Shown here in pieces: positions 38,249-47,900 of a DNA stretch of 64,000 bases. Source of the DNA: Acidobacteriaceae bacterium (GTDB taxonomy: Bacteria; Acidobacteriota; Terriglobia; Terriglobales; Acidobacteriaceae); the NCBI GenBank assembly GCA_003139095.1, contig PLHW01000026.1:13602-77601 (forward strand), given 5' to 3'. Numbering within the stretch: the stretch's first letter is position 1; the number at the start of each line of letters is the position of its first letter. Below the pieces are notes generated by a model. The model saw only the letters and a list, made by a program, of their open reading frames with translations. It was not told the DNA's origin and searched no databases. The position numbers and the translations under genes were made by a program.

Positions 38249-38740
38249 CTAATTGGCGTGATCAGTCCCCGACCCGCGTTCGAGCGCTTCCAGGTGCCGG
38301 ATCTCCCCCTCCAGCCAGACCTTCAGCGCCGATTCCACCTCGCCGGGTGTGTACTGGCGGCTCATGCTGTGGACCGACTCGCCCTGTGTATTCAGCGCGA
38401 TAAAGTGGCACGGCTCCATCTCCGTGTGGTAGCGCTCCGGCACAAACTGAAACAGCCAGCATTCGGGGCACGGAACGGTGCGCTCCCCATCCAGACGATT
38501 GGGGCAGGAAGGCGAATCGAGAAACATCGAAACCGGCCTCCAGGGCATCGTTCCGCCGTATCCGCCGCGCTCCAGAAACGCCAACTCCTGCTTCAGCAAG
38601 TTCAACACTTCGAGCCGGGATATCGACACAACCACCTCCGGACGGCCGCTGCCGTCCCCGGGGGACGTTGGAGTTGATTGTGGCTCAGCCCCAACCATCC
38701 CGCTGTGATTCCAAACACGACCGCTCGTGACCCATCTCAC
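38249..38740 (-). CDS. Cys-rich hypothetical protein
   Basis: GTG at 38740, or ATG at 38698. ..ELAFLERGGYGG..FLDSPSCPNRL..VPCPECWLFQFVPE..PCHFIALN.. No family name known to me. Confidence 0.5.
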   Translation of the reverse strand: MRWVTSGRVWNHSGMVGAEPQSTPTSPGDGSGRPEVVVSISRLEVLNLLKQELAFLERGGYGGTMPWRPVSMFLDSPSCPNRLDGERTVPCPECWLFQFVPERYHTEMEPCHFIALNTQGESVHSMSRQYTPGEVESALKVWLEGEIRHLEALERGSGTDHAN

Positions 38741-38872
38741 AATGGGACTTTCGGGTGTTTGGAATCCCGACGGGCTGTCAGGCGAACGCCGAATGCCGCG
38801 CTCATCGCGGCGTTTACGGACGCAACGGAGTTTTAGAGAAATTACTTGGGGGATACAGATACGCGAGGGCCT

Positions 38873-40657
38873 CTAGAACGCCCCGCCCCCGCCGCCCCCG
38901 AACCCGCCGCCGCTGAAGCCGCCTCCGCCAAAACCTCCGCCGCCCCCGAATCCCGAGCCCCCGGAACTCGCCCGCGGCGACGAAATGAAAACCTGGTGCA
39001 TGTCTCCCGCCATGCTGTGCATCGAGCTCGAAAAAAACAGCGGACTAAATCCGACGTAACCGCCGGGCGAGGAGTACCAACTCGGCGGGTTTTTCACGAT
39101 CCCGTCAAACGCCTGCGCCCAATGGTGTTCCACTCCGAGCGCCATCGCGTAGGGAAGAAATTTTTCAAATGTGTCGGGCGGCATGCTCTGAATCCGGTCT
39201 TTGTCCACGCGGTTCATGAACTCCTGAAACCCAAGCACCGCAATATGCAACCGTGACCCTTCCACGGTCTTCGCCGTCATCTGCCGCGCAAACAGCCACC
39301 AGATCACGCCGGAGAGAATAAAGCTGACAAAGACCAACGCAGGCGAATAAAACAGATTCATCCAGCCCATCACCTGCACTCCCACCACGCAAAGCACAAT
39401 CGCCACCGCCGCCACGATGCTGTAGCCGTTCGCCGACTCCGGATCGAGCGTGTACACCCCTTTGTTTTTCAGCTCCGACATGATGTCCTGCCGGATCGCC
39501 GGAATCGCAGTGTAGAAGCGGTTCTTCAAACTGGAGAGCCGCGTCTCCGTTCCGCCACCAAAAATGTTGCTCAGCATTACGCGCTCGTGCGGCGCCAGTT
39601 CCGCGCCCCATTGCGCATACGGCTTCAACAGCGTCAGCGTGTAATCGCTGTGCAGAACGATAAAACTGGCCAGCCTCTCCTCGGTTTTTTCGATCTTGAT
39701 ATAGCCGCGCACTGCCAGATCGACAATGGTCGAGGTGATGTCGCGCGGATGAATCGTGTCATTCAGCAGCGTGCCCGCCTCCGCCGGCGACAGACCTTTC
39801 GGAGGCTCGTACTGCGGAGCGACCGACATGCCCGGATCGGGATCGCGTCCCACCGCGTACCAGAGGCCCGCCATCACCGCCAGCGTCAGCAAGGGCAAAA
39901 ATAAAATAGGATTGCTGCCCAAAAACCAACCCAACTTCGTCAACGAACTCGGCGCCGCCACAATTCCCTGCGGGATATAAATATCGATCGTCAGTCCGCC
40001 GCGCATAGGAAGCGCACGCGTGGTTTCAACCGCGACGTCGGCCCCGTTGACCTGCGCATCGGCCGCGCCCTCTTTGGACCCATACGCACCCGTGAACGCC
40101 TGCGCCCGCAATCCGCCCGCTGCGCCCTCGGGCAAAGTCACAAATGCCGACGCGTGGTCGATGGGGACGGGCCAGTCGTTTCCCGTAACGTTCCAATAAA
40201 ATTCGTCGAATCCATCGAAGAAGCGAATGCCATTTTGCACGGCGTAGTCGATGTTCACGACCCGCGTCGCATCGTCGGCGTCGGGAATATAAATCTTCAG
40301 ATCGCGGAACGCCCCCGACTTGCTCGACTCATACTTGAGCTTGTTTCCGCTATCGTCGGTCACGCCCAGCACTTTGATAAAGAGCGTGTAGTTCGTGCCA
40401 TTCGGTCCCGGATACTCGACTGGAATGGTGCGGTGAATGCCATGCCACTGGCCGGCAAACACCACCGTAATTTTTTCGCTGACCAGCGCCGACCCATCGG
40501 CGGAGATGGAGATGGTGTCTTTGAAATCCGCGACGTGCCAGCTGTGCCCCTGCGCGGCTGCCAGCACCGGGGAAAATGCCAGCCATAGCGCGATTCCCCA
40601 GCCGCAGATCAACCGCGCGCGTTTGCGTTCCCTTCCGAATATTCTCGGCATCTTCAC
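38873..40657 (-). CDS. DUF2207-type membrane protein
   Basis: Signal peptide, then ..WHVADFKDTISISADGSALVSEKITVVFAGQWHGIHRTIP.., internal TM helices and a poly-Gly tail GGSGFGGGGGFGGGGFSGGGFGGGGGG. Its start overlaps the LemA stop. Confidence 0.85.
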   Translation of the reverse strand: MKMPRIFGRERKRARLICGWGIALWLAFSPVLAAAQGHSWHVADFKDTISISADGSALVSEKITVVFAGQWHGIHRTIPVEYPGPNGTNYTLFIKVLGVTDDSGNKLKYESSKSGAFRDLKIYIPDADDATRVVNIDYAVQNGIRFFDGFDEFYWNVTGNDWPVPIDHASAFVTLPEGAAGGLRAQAFTGAYGSKEGAADAQVNGADVAVETTRALPMRGGLTIDIYIPQGIVAAPSSLTKLGWFLGSNPILFLPLLTLAVMAGLWYAVGRDPDPGMSVAPQYEPPKGLSPAEAGTLLNDTIHPRDITSTIVDLAVRGYIKIEKTEERLASFIVLHSDYTLTLLKPYAQWGAELAPHERVMLSNIFGGGTETRLSSLKNRFYTAIPAIRQDIMSELKNKGVYTLDPESANGYSIVAAVAIVLCVVGVQVMGWMNLFYSPALVFVSFILSGVIWWLFARQMTAKTVEGSRLHIAVLGFQEFMNRVDKDRIQSMPPDTFEKFLPYAMALGVEHHWAQAFDGIVKNPPSWYSSPGGYVGFSPLFFSSSMHSMAGDMHQVFISSPRASSGGSGFGGGGGFGGGGFSGGGFGGGGGGAF

Positions 40658-41208
40658 ACCTGGAACTTCACGGCCACGGGTTCGCGGTCGCCAGCATCGG
40701 CCTCAAAGAACTGCCGCTGCTGGAAGCCGAACATGCCCGCCAGGATGTTGGTGGGAAACGATTGAATGCGCGTATTCAAATCGCGCACCACCGCGTTGTA
40801 GTAGCGGCGGGCATTTTGAATCGCGTCTTCGATCTGCGCCAGCGTGTTCTGGAGTTGAGTGAACTCCTGCGAGGCCTGGAGCTGCGGATAATTTTCCGCG
40901 ACGGCAAACAGGCTCTTGAGCGCTCCCGTCAACTGATTCTCGGCCACGGACTTGTCCGCCGGGCCAGTCGCCTGCATCGCCATCGACCGGAATTTCGCGA
41001 TGTCTTCGAACGTCCCCTTCTCGTGCGCCGCGTATCCCTTCACCGTTTCCACAAGGTTGGGAATCAGATCGTGCCGGCGCTTGAGCTGGACATCGATGTC
41101 CGACCACGCCGAGTCGCAGCGCACCCGCAGCTGCACCAGGCTGTTGTACATCCCAATGACAAAAATTCCGAAGACAATGATGACCGCCAGAAAGATCAAG
41201 CCGACCAT
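40654..41208 (-). CDS. LemA family protein
   Basis: N-terminal TM, then YNSLVQLRVRCDSAWSDIDVQLKRRHDLIPNLVETVKGYA.HE...F and ..AENYPQLQASQEF..LQ..L...E..I..AR..YN. 184 aa. Confidence 0.9.
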   Translation of the reverse strand: MVGLIFLAVIIVFGIFVIGMYNSLVQLRVRCDSAWSDIDVQLKRRHDLIPNLVETVKGYAAHEKGTFEDIAKFRSMAMQATGPADKSVAENQLTGALKSLFAVAENYPQLQASQEFTQLQNTLAQIEDAIQNARRYYNAVVRDLNTRIQSFPTNILAGMFGFQQRQFFEADAGDREPVAVKFQV

Positions 41209-41322
41209 GCGTTCACCTCATTCAAGGCGACGGTAGCACACGGGGGATTGCCCCGCAATGTAACCGAGGATTCTGCCGGGAAGGATGCCGCCAGCGCCCG
41301 GCAATGCCGAGTCGAGCGCGCC

Positions 41323-42372
41323 CTACTGCTTCGGCGCGAAGTAGCCCTGCCGCGCCCGCACTTGCAGATCTTTTTTCAGCGCGGTGATTTGGATGGAATG
41401 AAAACGCCCGTCCGCCGAGAAGTCGGACGGCTTGTAGGAAACATCGTACTGGCTGCGCAACTCGTCTTCAATCGCCGCAAACGACCGCGTAATATCCTTC
41501 ATCTTGTAGGGAAAGAATGCGCGCCCGCCGGTCGCCGTCGCCAGTTCCTCAAGCACCTTGTCGCCGCGCAAAATCAGTCCGCTGTCGTCGGTCGAGATCG
41601 CGTAGATCAGCACTTCGGCGCGTTGCGCCATCTCAATCGCCTGCGCCTTTGTGTGCTCGCTCTGGTTGTCCTCGCCGTCGCTCACCACCACAATCGCCTT
41701 GCGCACCGGATGATCCGCGCGCTCGCGCAACAGTTTGTCTTTGCACGCCTGGTACACCGCATCGTACAGAGCGGTCCCGCCGCCATCCTTCAACCGCTGC
41801 ACTCCCGCGGCTAGCATCGGCACGTTGTCCGTAAAATCCTGCGCCAGGTGGCTCTCGCGATTGAAGCCCACGACAAAGGCCTTGTCATAACCCGGGCGGA
41901 TGATGTGCTGCAAAAATCCCGTCGCCGCGGCCTTCTCAAATCCAAACCGGCTTTCGACCGAACCGCTCACATCCATGAGCAGGCCGAGTTCAATCGGCAG
42001 ATCCGTCTCCGGCTTAAATGCCAGAATCGACTCCACCGGCTTGTGATCGTCGGAAAAAGCAAAATCCTTTTCGCTTAAATTGCGCACAAACTTGCCATGC
42101 CGGTCGGTGGCGATGAAGAGAACGTTGACTTCGTCGACCCGCTTCCGAATCGTCAAAACCGGCTCGTTCGCCTCGCCCGAGTCGAGCGCACCGCTAGTAT
42201 CCGCGGCAATGACCGCCGACGCAGCTACCACATAAGAGTTGGCTTGCGCGGTCCCTTTCGCACGCAAAGCTCCGACTGCGCCGAGGATCATCAATCCATA
42301 GACGGTCACCGCCCAAATCCCGGCCCAGTCGAACTTTTTCACTTTTGTCATGCTCGCGTCTGTCATGCTCAA
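41323..42372 (-). CDS. membrane-anchored von Willebrand factor A domain protein
   Basis: N-terminal TM. MIDAS DVSGSV ... GGTALYDAV ... VVVSDGEDN. The overall layout resembles the VWFA-related acidobacterial domain family (from memory). Confidence 0.85.
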   Translation of the reverse strand: MSMTDASMTKVKKFDWAGIWAVTVYGLMILGAVGALRAKGTAQANSYVVAASAVIAADTSGALDSGEANEPVLTIRKRVDEVNVLFIATDRHGKFVRNLSEKDFAFSDDHKPVESILAFKPETDLPIELGLLMDVSGSVESRFGFEKAAATGFLQHIIRPGYDKAFVVGFNRESHLAQDFTDNVPMLAAGVQRLKDGGGTALYDAVYQACKDKLLRERADHPVRKAIVVVSDGEDNQSEHTKAQAIEMAQRAEVLIYAISTDDSGLILRGDKVLEELATATGGRAFFPYKMKDITRSFAAIEDELRSQYDVSYKPSDFSADGRFHSIQITALKKDLQVRARQGYFAPKQ

Positions 42373-42978
42373 GAGCCCTTGCGGGCCGACCTCAAATTTC
42401 TCTGCAATTCACCTCCGACCTTTTGCGGATCGAATCGCGTCTACCCATTCGATGCACGCAGGGTTCCGAAAATTGCAGATTCTGCCTTGCTCCCGAATGT
42501 AGGCTGGAACCGCCACGCTCTCCAAGTTACAAAAGGTGTACGCGCACGGATGGTCCCGTAACTATAGCGTATTCAACAGATCCGCCGCAGCACACGAAGG
42601 TCCTCCCCGTCTCAGTTTTTTCCCGTAAGCCGCCAAACCGACGCAAGATTTGCACCTTGAGTTTTCAGTACGGGAATTCCCGACGACATTTTTCCCGGAT
42701 CGCTACAATGCCGTGCAAAAAATGCTGCCTCGATTCTTGCTCTGAACCAACCCTCGACCCGGCAAAAATTCTCCCCTCGAAGCGAAAGACGGATTCTCGC
42801 CCTTGACGGATGACCCAAAAACGATCATCTTAAAACACGCAAAGTGGCTGCGATTCTGTGGGCCACGACGCCGGGTTTCCTTGGATGGCAAAACGCGGCG
42901 TTACAAGTAGCATTCGCGAATCCGAGTGCAACCGTTGAAAGACGAACAACCTTACAGCACTTCACGGCCGGAGGCCCG

Positions 42979-44406
42979 ATGTACTTTGAGCAGTTCTATT
43001 TGACCTGCCTCGCGCACGCTTCGTACATGATCGGCTCCAATGGCGAGGCCGCCGTGGTCGATCCCCAGCGCGACGTGGACATCTACCTGAAAGCGGCCGA
43101 GGAGCGGCATCTCAAAATCCGCCACATTTTTGAAACGCATCTGCACGCCGACTTCGTCTCCGGCCACAAGGAGCTCGCCGCCCGCACCGGAGCGACCATC
43201 TACATTGGAGCGAGTGCCGCCGCCACATTCCCGCACGTTGCGCTTCGCGACGGCGATGAGATTAACATCGGAGCGGTTCGCGTGCGCGCGCTCGAAACGC
43301 CCGGCCACACCCCGGAGAGCATTTGCCTCGTCGTAATCGACGGGGAACAATCGTCCGACCCCTGGGCCGTCTTGACCGGCGACACGCTCTTCATCGGCGA
43401 CGTTGGCCGCCCCGATCTTTCGCCCGCGCACACGCCGCAGCAACTCGCGGGCCTGCTCCATGACAGCTTGCATCGGAAGCTGCTAGCCCTGCCAGATTCT
43501 GTTCTCGTCTATCCGGCCCACGGCGCCGGTTCTCTGTGTGGGCGCAGCATGCGCGCGGAAAAATCCTCCACCATCGGCACCGAGCGCCTTACGAATTACG
43601 CGCTTCAGATTTCGAGCCGCGACGAGTTCATCCGCCAGTTGACCGCGAATCTCCCCGCTCGCCCCGGCTACTTTCTCGAAGATGCCGAAATCAACCGCTC
43701 CGGCGCTCCCGCGCTTCGGGAACTCGCGCCCCTGCGCGCGCTTTCACCCGCGGAAGTGCAATCGCTGTTGCGGCAGAACGCGTGGGCTCTCGACGTTCGT
43801 CCGGGCGCTGACTTCGCCGCCGCCCATGCCCAGGGATCAGTCAACATCGCGCTCTCGGGCCAGTTCGCATCGTGGGCCGGAGCAATTCTCGGAATCCACT
43901 CCAAACCTGTGCTGATCGCCGCCAGTACGGAACAGGTGGAAGAGGCGCGCACCCGCCTGGCACGCGTCGGCATTGAGGATCTCGGAGGTTATCTCGAGGG
44001 CGGCATCGATGCGTGGAAAGAGGCCGGACTCCCCGTTGTGCAAACACCGCAGATTTCCGTGGAGCAACTTCAGCAGAAATTATCGGGTAACGCTTTCAGT
44101 AACGGAAACCGCGAAGGCGGCATCGCCGTCCTCGACGTTCGCCGCGAAGGGGAATGGCAGGCAGGTCACATCGCAGAGGCCGAGTGGCACGCGCTCGATT
44201 CGTTTCCGCGCGCCCTGCCCAAACTCGCTGAAAACCGCACCGTCGCCGTCCACTGCAAAGGCGGTTACCGCAGCATAATCGCGTGCAGCCTGCTCGAGCG
44301 CGCCGGTTATAGCAATGTGGTCAACATAATCGGAGGCTTCGACGCGTGGCACGCCGCCGGCCTGCCAGAAGTCGTACCTGACGCGCCGGCCCTCACGTCC
44401 CGATGA
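42979..44406 (+). CDS. MBL-fold persulfide-dioxygenase-like hydrolase fused to rhodanese domains
   Basis: Trimmed to the ATG at 42979 (SD GGAGG). THLHADFVSGH metal motif, ..TPGHTPES.., and a C-terminal rhodanese with active-site loop HCKGGYRS. Confidence 0.85.
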   Translation: MYFEQFYLTCLAHASYMIGSNGEAAVVDPQRDVDIYLKAAEERHLKIRHIFETHLHADFVSGHKELAARTGATIYIGASAAATFPHVALRDGDEINIGAVRVRALETPGHTPESICLVVIDGEQSSDPWAVLTGDTLFIGDVGRPDLSPAHTPQQLAGLLHDSLHRKLLALPDSVLVYPAHGAGSLCGRSMRAEKSSTIGTERLTNYALQISSRDEFIRQLTANLPARPGYFLEDAEINRSGAPALRELAPLRALSPAEVQSLLRQNAWALDVRPGADFAAAHAQGSVNIALSGQFASWAGAILGIHSKPVLIAASTEQVEEARTRLARVGIEDLGGYLEGGIDAWKEAGLPVVQTPQISVEQLQQKLSGNAFSNGNREGGIAVLDVRREGEWQAGHIAEAEWHALDSFPRALPKLAENRTVAVHCKGGYRSIIACSLLERAGYSNVVNIIGGFDAWHAAGLPEVVPDAPALTSR

Positions 44407-44518
44407 AAGAGTTATGACCCCGGAAATGATCGCCGAGAATTTCTCTGCGAACTCCGCGTCCTCAGCGTTGAAAGATTCTAATTTGTTTCCCGCGACCGCG
44501 GGATCAGTTCTTCGACCC

Positions 44519-45055
44519 TCAACCCGCGCGGAAGTCTTGCACCTCTTCTCCCGCTTGGAACAGAGGGCGCGGCGCACTTTGTTCAGCGTCGCTCAATTTC
44601 CGGTTCAGTTCCTCGACGTCGGCCTTCGCCCATCCGACGCTGCTCATCTCGATCGTGCCGTCCGCTCCAATCAGAAACCACGTCGGCACATTGGTAAGAC
44701 CGTAGGCATTCGACACCGCATATCCATTGGGATCGTCCAGCAGCGTGCGAAACGTCACGCCGAACTCCTTCAGGAATGCCTTCGTGTCGCGCGGATTATC
44801 CTGCGAAATGCCCACAAACGTGACCTTCGCCGCGCCGTGCGCCTTGTACACGCGCTCAAAATACGGGAACGCATACTGGCAAACCGGGCATGAAACTTTG
44901 AAAAAAGCCGCGAATACCGTCCCGCGCTGCAGCGCATCCTGCAATGAAAATTTGCTTCCGTCGAGAGCCGCCAGCGAAAAGTCGGGCGCCTTGGTCCCGG
45001 CCGTCAGTGCCGCCATATCTTTCGGACCTCCGAATAAATGTTGGAGCCACTTCAT
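44519..45055 (-). CDS. thioredoxin-fold redoxin (TlpA/AhpC-like)
   Basis: ..GTKAPDFSLAALDGSKFSL...FFKVSCPVCQ.. with a CPVC active site. 178 aa. Confidence 0.85.
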   Translation of the reverse strand: MKWLQHLFGGPKDMAALTAGTKAPDFSLAALDGSKFSLQDALQRGTVFAAFFKVSCPVCQYAFPYFERVYKAHGAAKVTFVGISQDNPRDTKAFLKEFGVTFRTLLDDPNGYAVSNAYGLTNVPTWFLIGADGTIEMSSVGWAKADVEELNRKLSDAEQSAPRPLFQAGEEVQDFRAG

Positions 45056-45076
45056 GGTGAAATGCCTCGCTACGAA

Positions 45077-46174
45077 TTAGATGATGCCGCCCGCCTTTAA
45101 GATTTTGCGTGTTAATCCTGTGATCGGCAATTGCTGAATTTCATCGAGAGCCATCCACCGGCCGCGCCTCGCCGCCGCGCGCCCGCCAGCGTCTCGCATC
45201 ACATGCACAGTGTAATCCGTCACCGTGATGGAATGGCGAAACGTGCGCCACAGCGCATTCCCGTTCGCGGTATGGGGCGCCGTTGTCCACTCCGGCAGCT
45301 CCCACATCCCCGCCATAATTGACGCGTCTCTCGCGCGCTTCACCAGTCGCACCCGACCATGGCGCTCATCCAGCGCGCACCAGATTTCCCGCTGCCGGCG
45401 CGCCGGAGCGCCAGCGCCCCGTCCATTTCGCCGTTCGCCGGTCCGCCGCGCACCCGCTGTCGCCACTTTTGCAGGCCTCGCTAGCTCGCGCACGGCATCG
45501 GCCCGCGTTCCGCACCATTTCTGTACCGGGCACACCGGGCAGCGCGGTCCCGCGGGCAGACACACGGTTGCGCCCAGCTCCATCATCGCCTGATTGAAAT
45601 CCCCCGGCCGCTTATGCGAAATCAGTTCCTCGGCGCGCGTCCAGCACTGCTGTGGCGGCAAACCGCTCGCATAAATTCTCTTCAGCACCCGCTCTACATT
45701 GCCGTCCACCACCGCAACCGGTTCGCCAAAGGCAATGCTCGCAATCGCGGCCGCCGTGTACCGTCCAATGCCGGGCAGTTCGCGCCACGCATCCGCGCTC
45801 TCCGGAAAAGCTCCGCCATGCCGCCCCACAATTTCGCGCGCACAATGGTGCAGCATCCGCGCCCGCCGGTAATAGCCGAGCCCGCTCCACGCCGCCAGCA
45901 CCGCATCTTCGCGCGCAGCCGCTAACGTCGCAACGTCCGGGAAGCGCTCCAGAAACACGCGGTAATGCCCCAGCACCGCGGCTACGCGCGTCTGCTGGAG
46001 CATGATTTCCGACAGCCAAATCCGGTACGGATCTCGCGTTCCGCGCCACGGCAAGTCCCGGCGATGCGCCTCATACCAGCCGAGGAGCGCCCGCCGGAAC
46101 CCGGCAAGACTTTTTCCGTCAGCCGGAGCGGTCAGGCCTCCATCCTTGTTTAAGCCAGACATCTTTGCAGCCAA
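45077..46174 (-). CDS. mutY: A/G-specific adenine DNA glycosylase MutY
   Basis: ..LPWR.TRDPYRIWLSEIMLQQTRV.., HhH-GPD (LPGIGRYTAAAI), a 4Fe-4S cluster loop C..AGPRCPVCPVQKWC, and a NUDIX-like C-terminus. Confidence 0.9.
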   Translation of the reverse strand: MAAKMSGLNKDGGLTAPADGKSLAGFRRALLGWYEAHRRDLPWRGTRDPYRIWLSEIMLQQTRVAAVLGHYRVFLERFPDVATLAAAREDAVLAAWSGLGYYRRARMLHHCAREIVGRHGGAFPESADAWRELPGIGRYTAAAIASIAFGEPVAVVDGNVERVLKRIYASGLPPQQCWTRAEELISHKRPGDFNQAMMELGATVCLPAGPRCPVCPVQKWCGTRADAVRELARPAKVATAGARRTGERRNGRGAGAPARRQREIWCALDERHGRVRLVKRARDASIMAGMWELPEWTTAPHTANGNALWRTFRHSITVTDYTVHVMRDAGGRAAARRGRWMALDEIQQLPITGLTRKILKAGGII

Positions 46175-46268
46175 GCATCCCCCGCGAAAGTCGTCCCATC
46201 ATACTGAACAACGCGCTGCCGTTGTTTGGGACCTGCGAGTCGCCCGTGACGTTGCGGATTCGCTGCGA

Positions 46269-46297
46269 TTGACCGCCGGTCGCACGCCGAGCATAAT
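46269..46297 (+). promoter_or_regulatory. candidate sigma-70 promoter
   Basis: TTGACC (46269-46274), 17-nt spacer, CATAAT (46292-46297). About 50 nt upstream of the ATG at 46352. Confidence 0.55.
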
Positions 46298-46351
46298 GAA
46301 AATGCTTGGCGGCCGCGATCTCGCGCGTGATGCTTAGTTTGTTGCGTCAGG

Positions 46352-46582
46352 ATGCCTATGACAGAATTCGACCGCAAGGTGCAGGAAGCGTCAGAGCGTT
46401 TGAATCGTTCGGTGGCCAATCTCGCCGCTTCTCTCGAAAAGGAAACGGCGGAACTGGTTACCTATCTGAACGACGAAGTCGTTCCCGCCGCGCGAGCGCA
46501 TTCCTCGAAGGCGTTGCGCGTCGCCTCCGAAAAGCTGTCTCAATTCGCCGACTTCCTCGAAACGCATCAGAAAAACTCTTGA
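46352..46582 (+). CDS. small helical hypothetical protein (76 aa)
   Basis: MPMTEFDRKVQEASERLNRSVANLAASLEKETAELVTYL.. Its TGA overlaps the TTG start of rlpA (TTGA). Confidence 0.5.
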   Translation: MPMTEFDRKVQEASERLNRSVANLAASLEKETAELVTYLNDEVVPAARAHSSKALRVASEKLSQFADFLETHQKNS

Positions 46583-47331
46583 GCGCCCATCGTTCCAGCT
46601 TCGCGCGACCACGTCTCCTGCTGTTGGCGATCGGCGCCATCTTTCTCTCCGCATGCGGACACAAACAGACTCAGGTCGCGCTTCCGCCCCCGCCGCCCAT
46701 CCTCGAATCGCCTGCGCCCACCCAGAGCGCAAGGCAAGAAGAAAAATCTCCGGAGAGAATCGAAGTTCCCGCCGACGCCACGCCCATCTTCGAGCAAACC
46801 GGTGTGGCGAGTTGGTATGGCCCGCCCTATCACAATCGCCGCGGCTCCAACGGCGAGATCTACGACATGAACGCCATGACCGCCGCGCACCTCACTCTGC
46901 CGCTGGGTTCCATCGTGCGCGTCACGAATTTGAAGACCAGTCATTCCGCGCTTCTGCGCATCACCGACCGCGGCCCCTTCGTCGAGGGACGCATCATCGA
47001 CCTCTCCCTCGCCGCCGCCAAAGCGCTCGACGTATATCTGCCCGGCACCGCCCAGGTTCGCCTCGAAGTGCTCCAGGCTCCCGCGGCCCTCGATAGCGGC
47101 GGCCGCTGGGCGGTGCAGATCGGCTCGTTTCACACCGAGCAAAGCGCCGCCCGGTTGACCGATCGCCTGCAACGCCGCTATCACACGGCCAGGGTTTTGA
47201 AGTTTCCCAGCCCCACCGGCGATTGGTGGGTGCGCGTACGTGTACTCGACGACGATCGCCGGCGCGCCCAGGCTCTGCTTCGCGAGACAGCCGTTGCCGA
47301 GGCTCCCGCCTTTCTCGTTCGCCTCGACTAA
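46579..47331 (+). CDS. rlpA: septal ring lytic transglycosylase RlpA family lipoprotein with SPOR domain
   Basis: Trimmed to the TTG at 46579. Lipobox FLSAC. DPBB core ASWYGPPYHNRRGSNGEIYDMN..TAAH.TLPLGS.VRVTNL..S....ITDRGPF. C-terminal SPOR (WAVQIGSF..). Confidence 0.85.
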   Translation: MSAHRSSFARPRLLLLAIGAIFLSACGHKQTQVALPPPPPILESPAPTQSARQEEKSPERIEVPADATPIFEQTGVASWYGPPYHNRRGSNGEIYDMNAMTAAHLTLPLGSIVRVTNLKTSHSALLRITDRGPFVEGRIIDLSLAAAKALDVYLPGTAQVRLEVLQAPAALDSGGRWAVQIGSFHTEQSAARLTDRLQRRYHTARVLKFPSPTGDWWVRVRVLDDDRRRAQALLRETAVAEAPAFLVRLD

Positions 47332-47484
47332 GCAAACCGTCATACCCTTCGTCCCGTGCCGGGTTCACGCACTTACTCATGGCAGTTACTGTAAATCGGT
47401 GTTATTGTTCTCAGTCGGAGATCCCGCTGCAGTCCCCGACTTATTGCGCGACCAAACTCCTCTTGAGCGGTGGAAAGCGGACTT

Positions 47485-47826
47485 ATGGCTGACTGTTTAT
47501 TTTGTCGCATCATTCGTAACGAGGTTCCCTCCCGGAAAGTTTACGAAGACGACCACACATTTGCCTTCGAGGATCTCAATCCCCAGGGCCCAACCCACAT
47601 TCTTGTAATTCCCAAAAAACACATCGCCAGCCTCAAAGATGCCAAAGCAGAAGACGCGGAACTTGTTGGCCGCTGCTACCTCACAGCCGCGCATATCGCC
47701 CGCGAGCGCTCCATCGAGGACGGCTATCGCACCGTGTTAAACGTCGGGCCGCGCGCCGGCCAATCCGTATTCCACCTGCATGTTCATCTGATCGGCGGCC
47801 GCAACCTGCAATGGCCCCCGGGATAA
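47485..47826 (+). CDS. HIT-family (Hint-like) nucleotide hydrolase
   Basis: MADCLFCRII..YEDD..FAFEDLNPQGPTHILVIPKKHI.. with histidine triad HLHVHLIGG. The GTG at 47470 is also possible. Confidence 0.9.
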   Translation: MADCLFCRIIRNEVPSRKVYEDDHTFAFEDLNPQGPTHILVIPKKHIASLKDAKAEDAELVGRCYLTAAHIARERSIEDGYRTVLNVGPRAGQSVFHLHVHLIGGRNLQWPPG

Positions 47827-47900
47827 CTCCCACGCCGATAGACGCGCCAAAACAAAGACGCCGCCGTTTAGATTTGTCGCCAATCACCGGAAAAAGCCAA

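Noticed and set aside
40576-41814. 412-aa plus-strand ORF
   Set aside because: It spans the boundary of two well-supported minus-strand genes (LemA and VWA) and the intergenic gap between them. It is Arg-rich. Shadow ORF.
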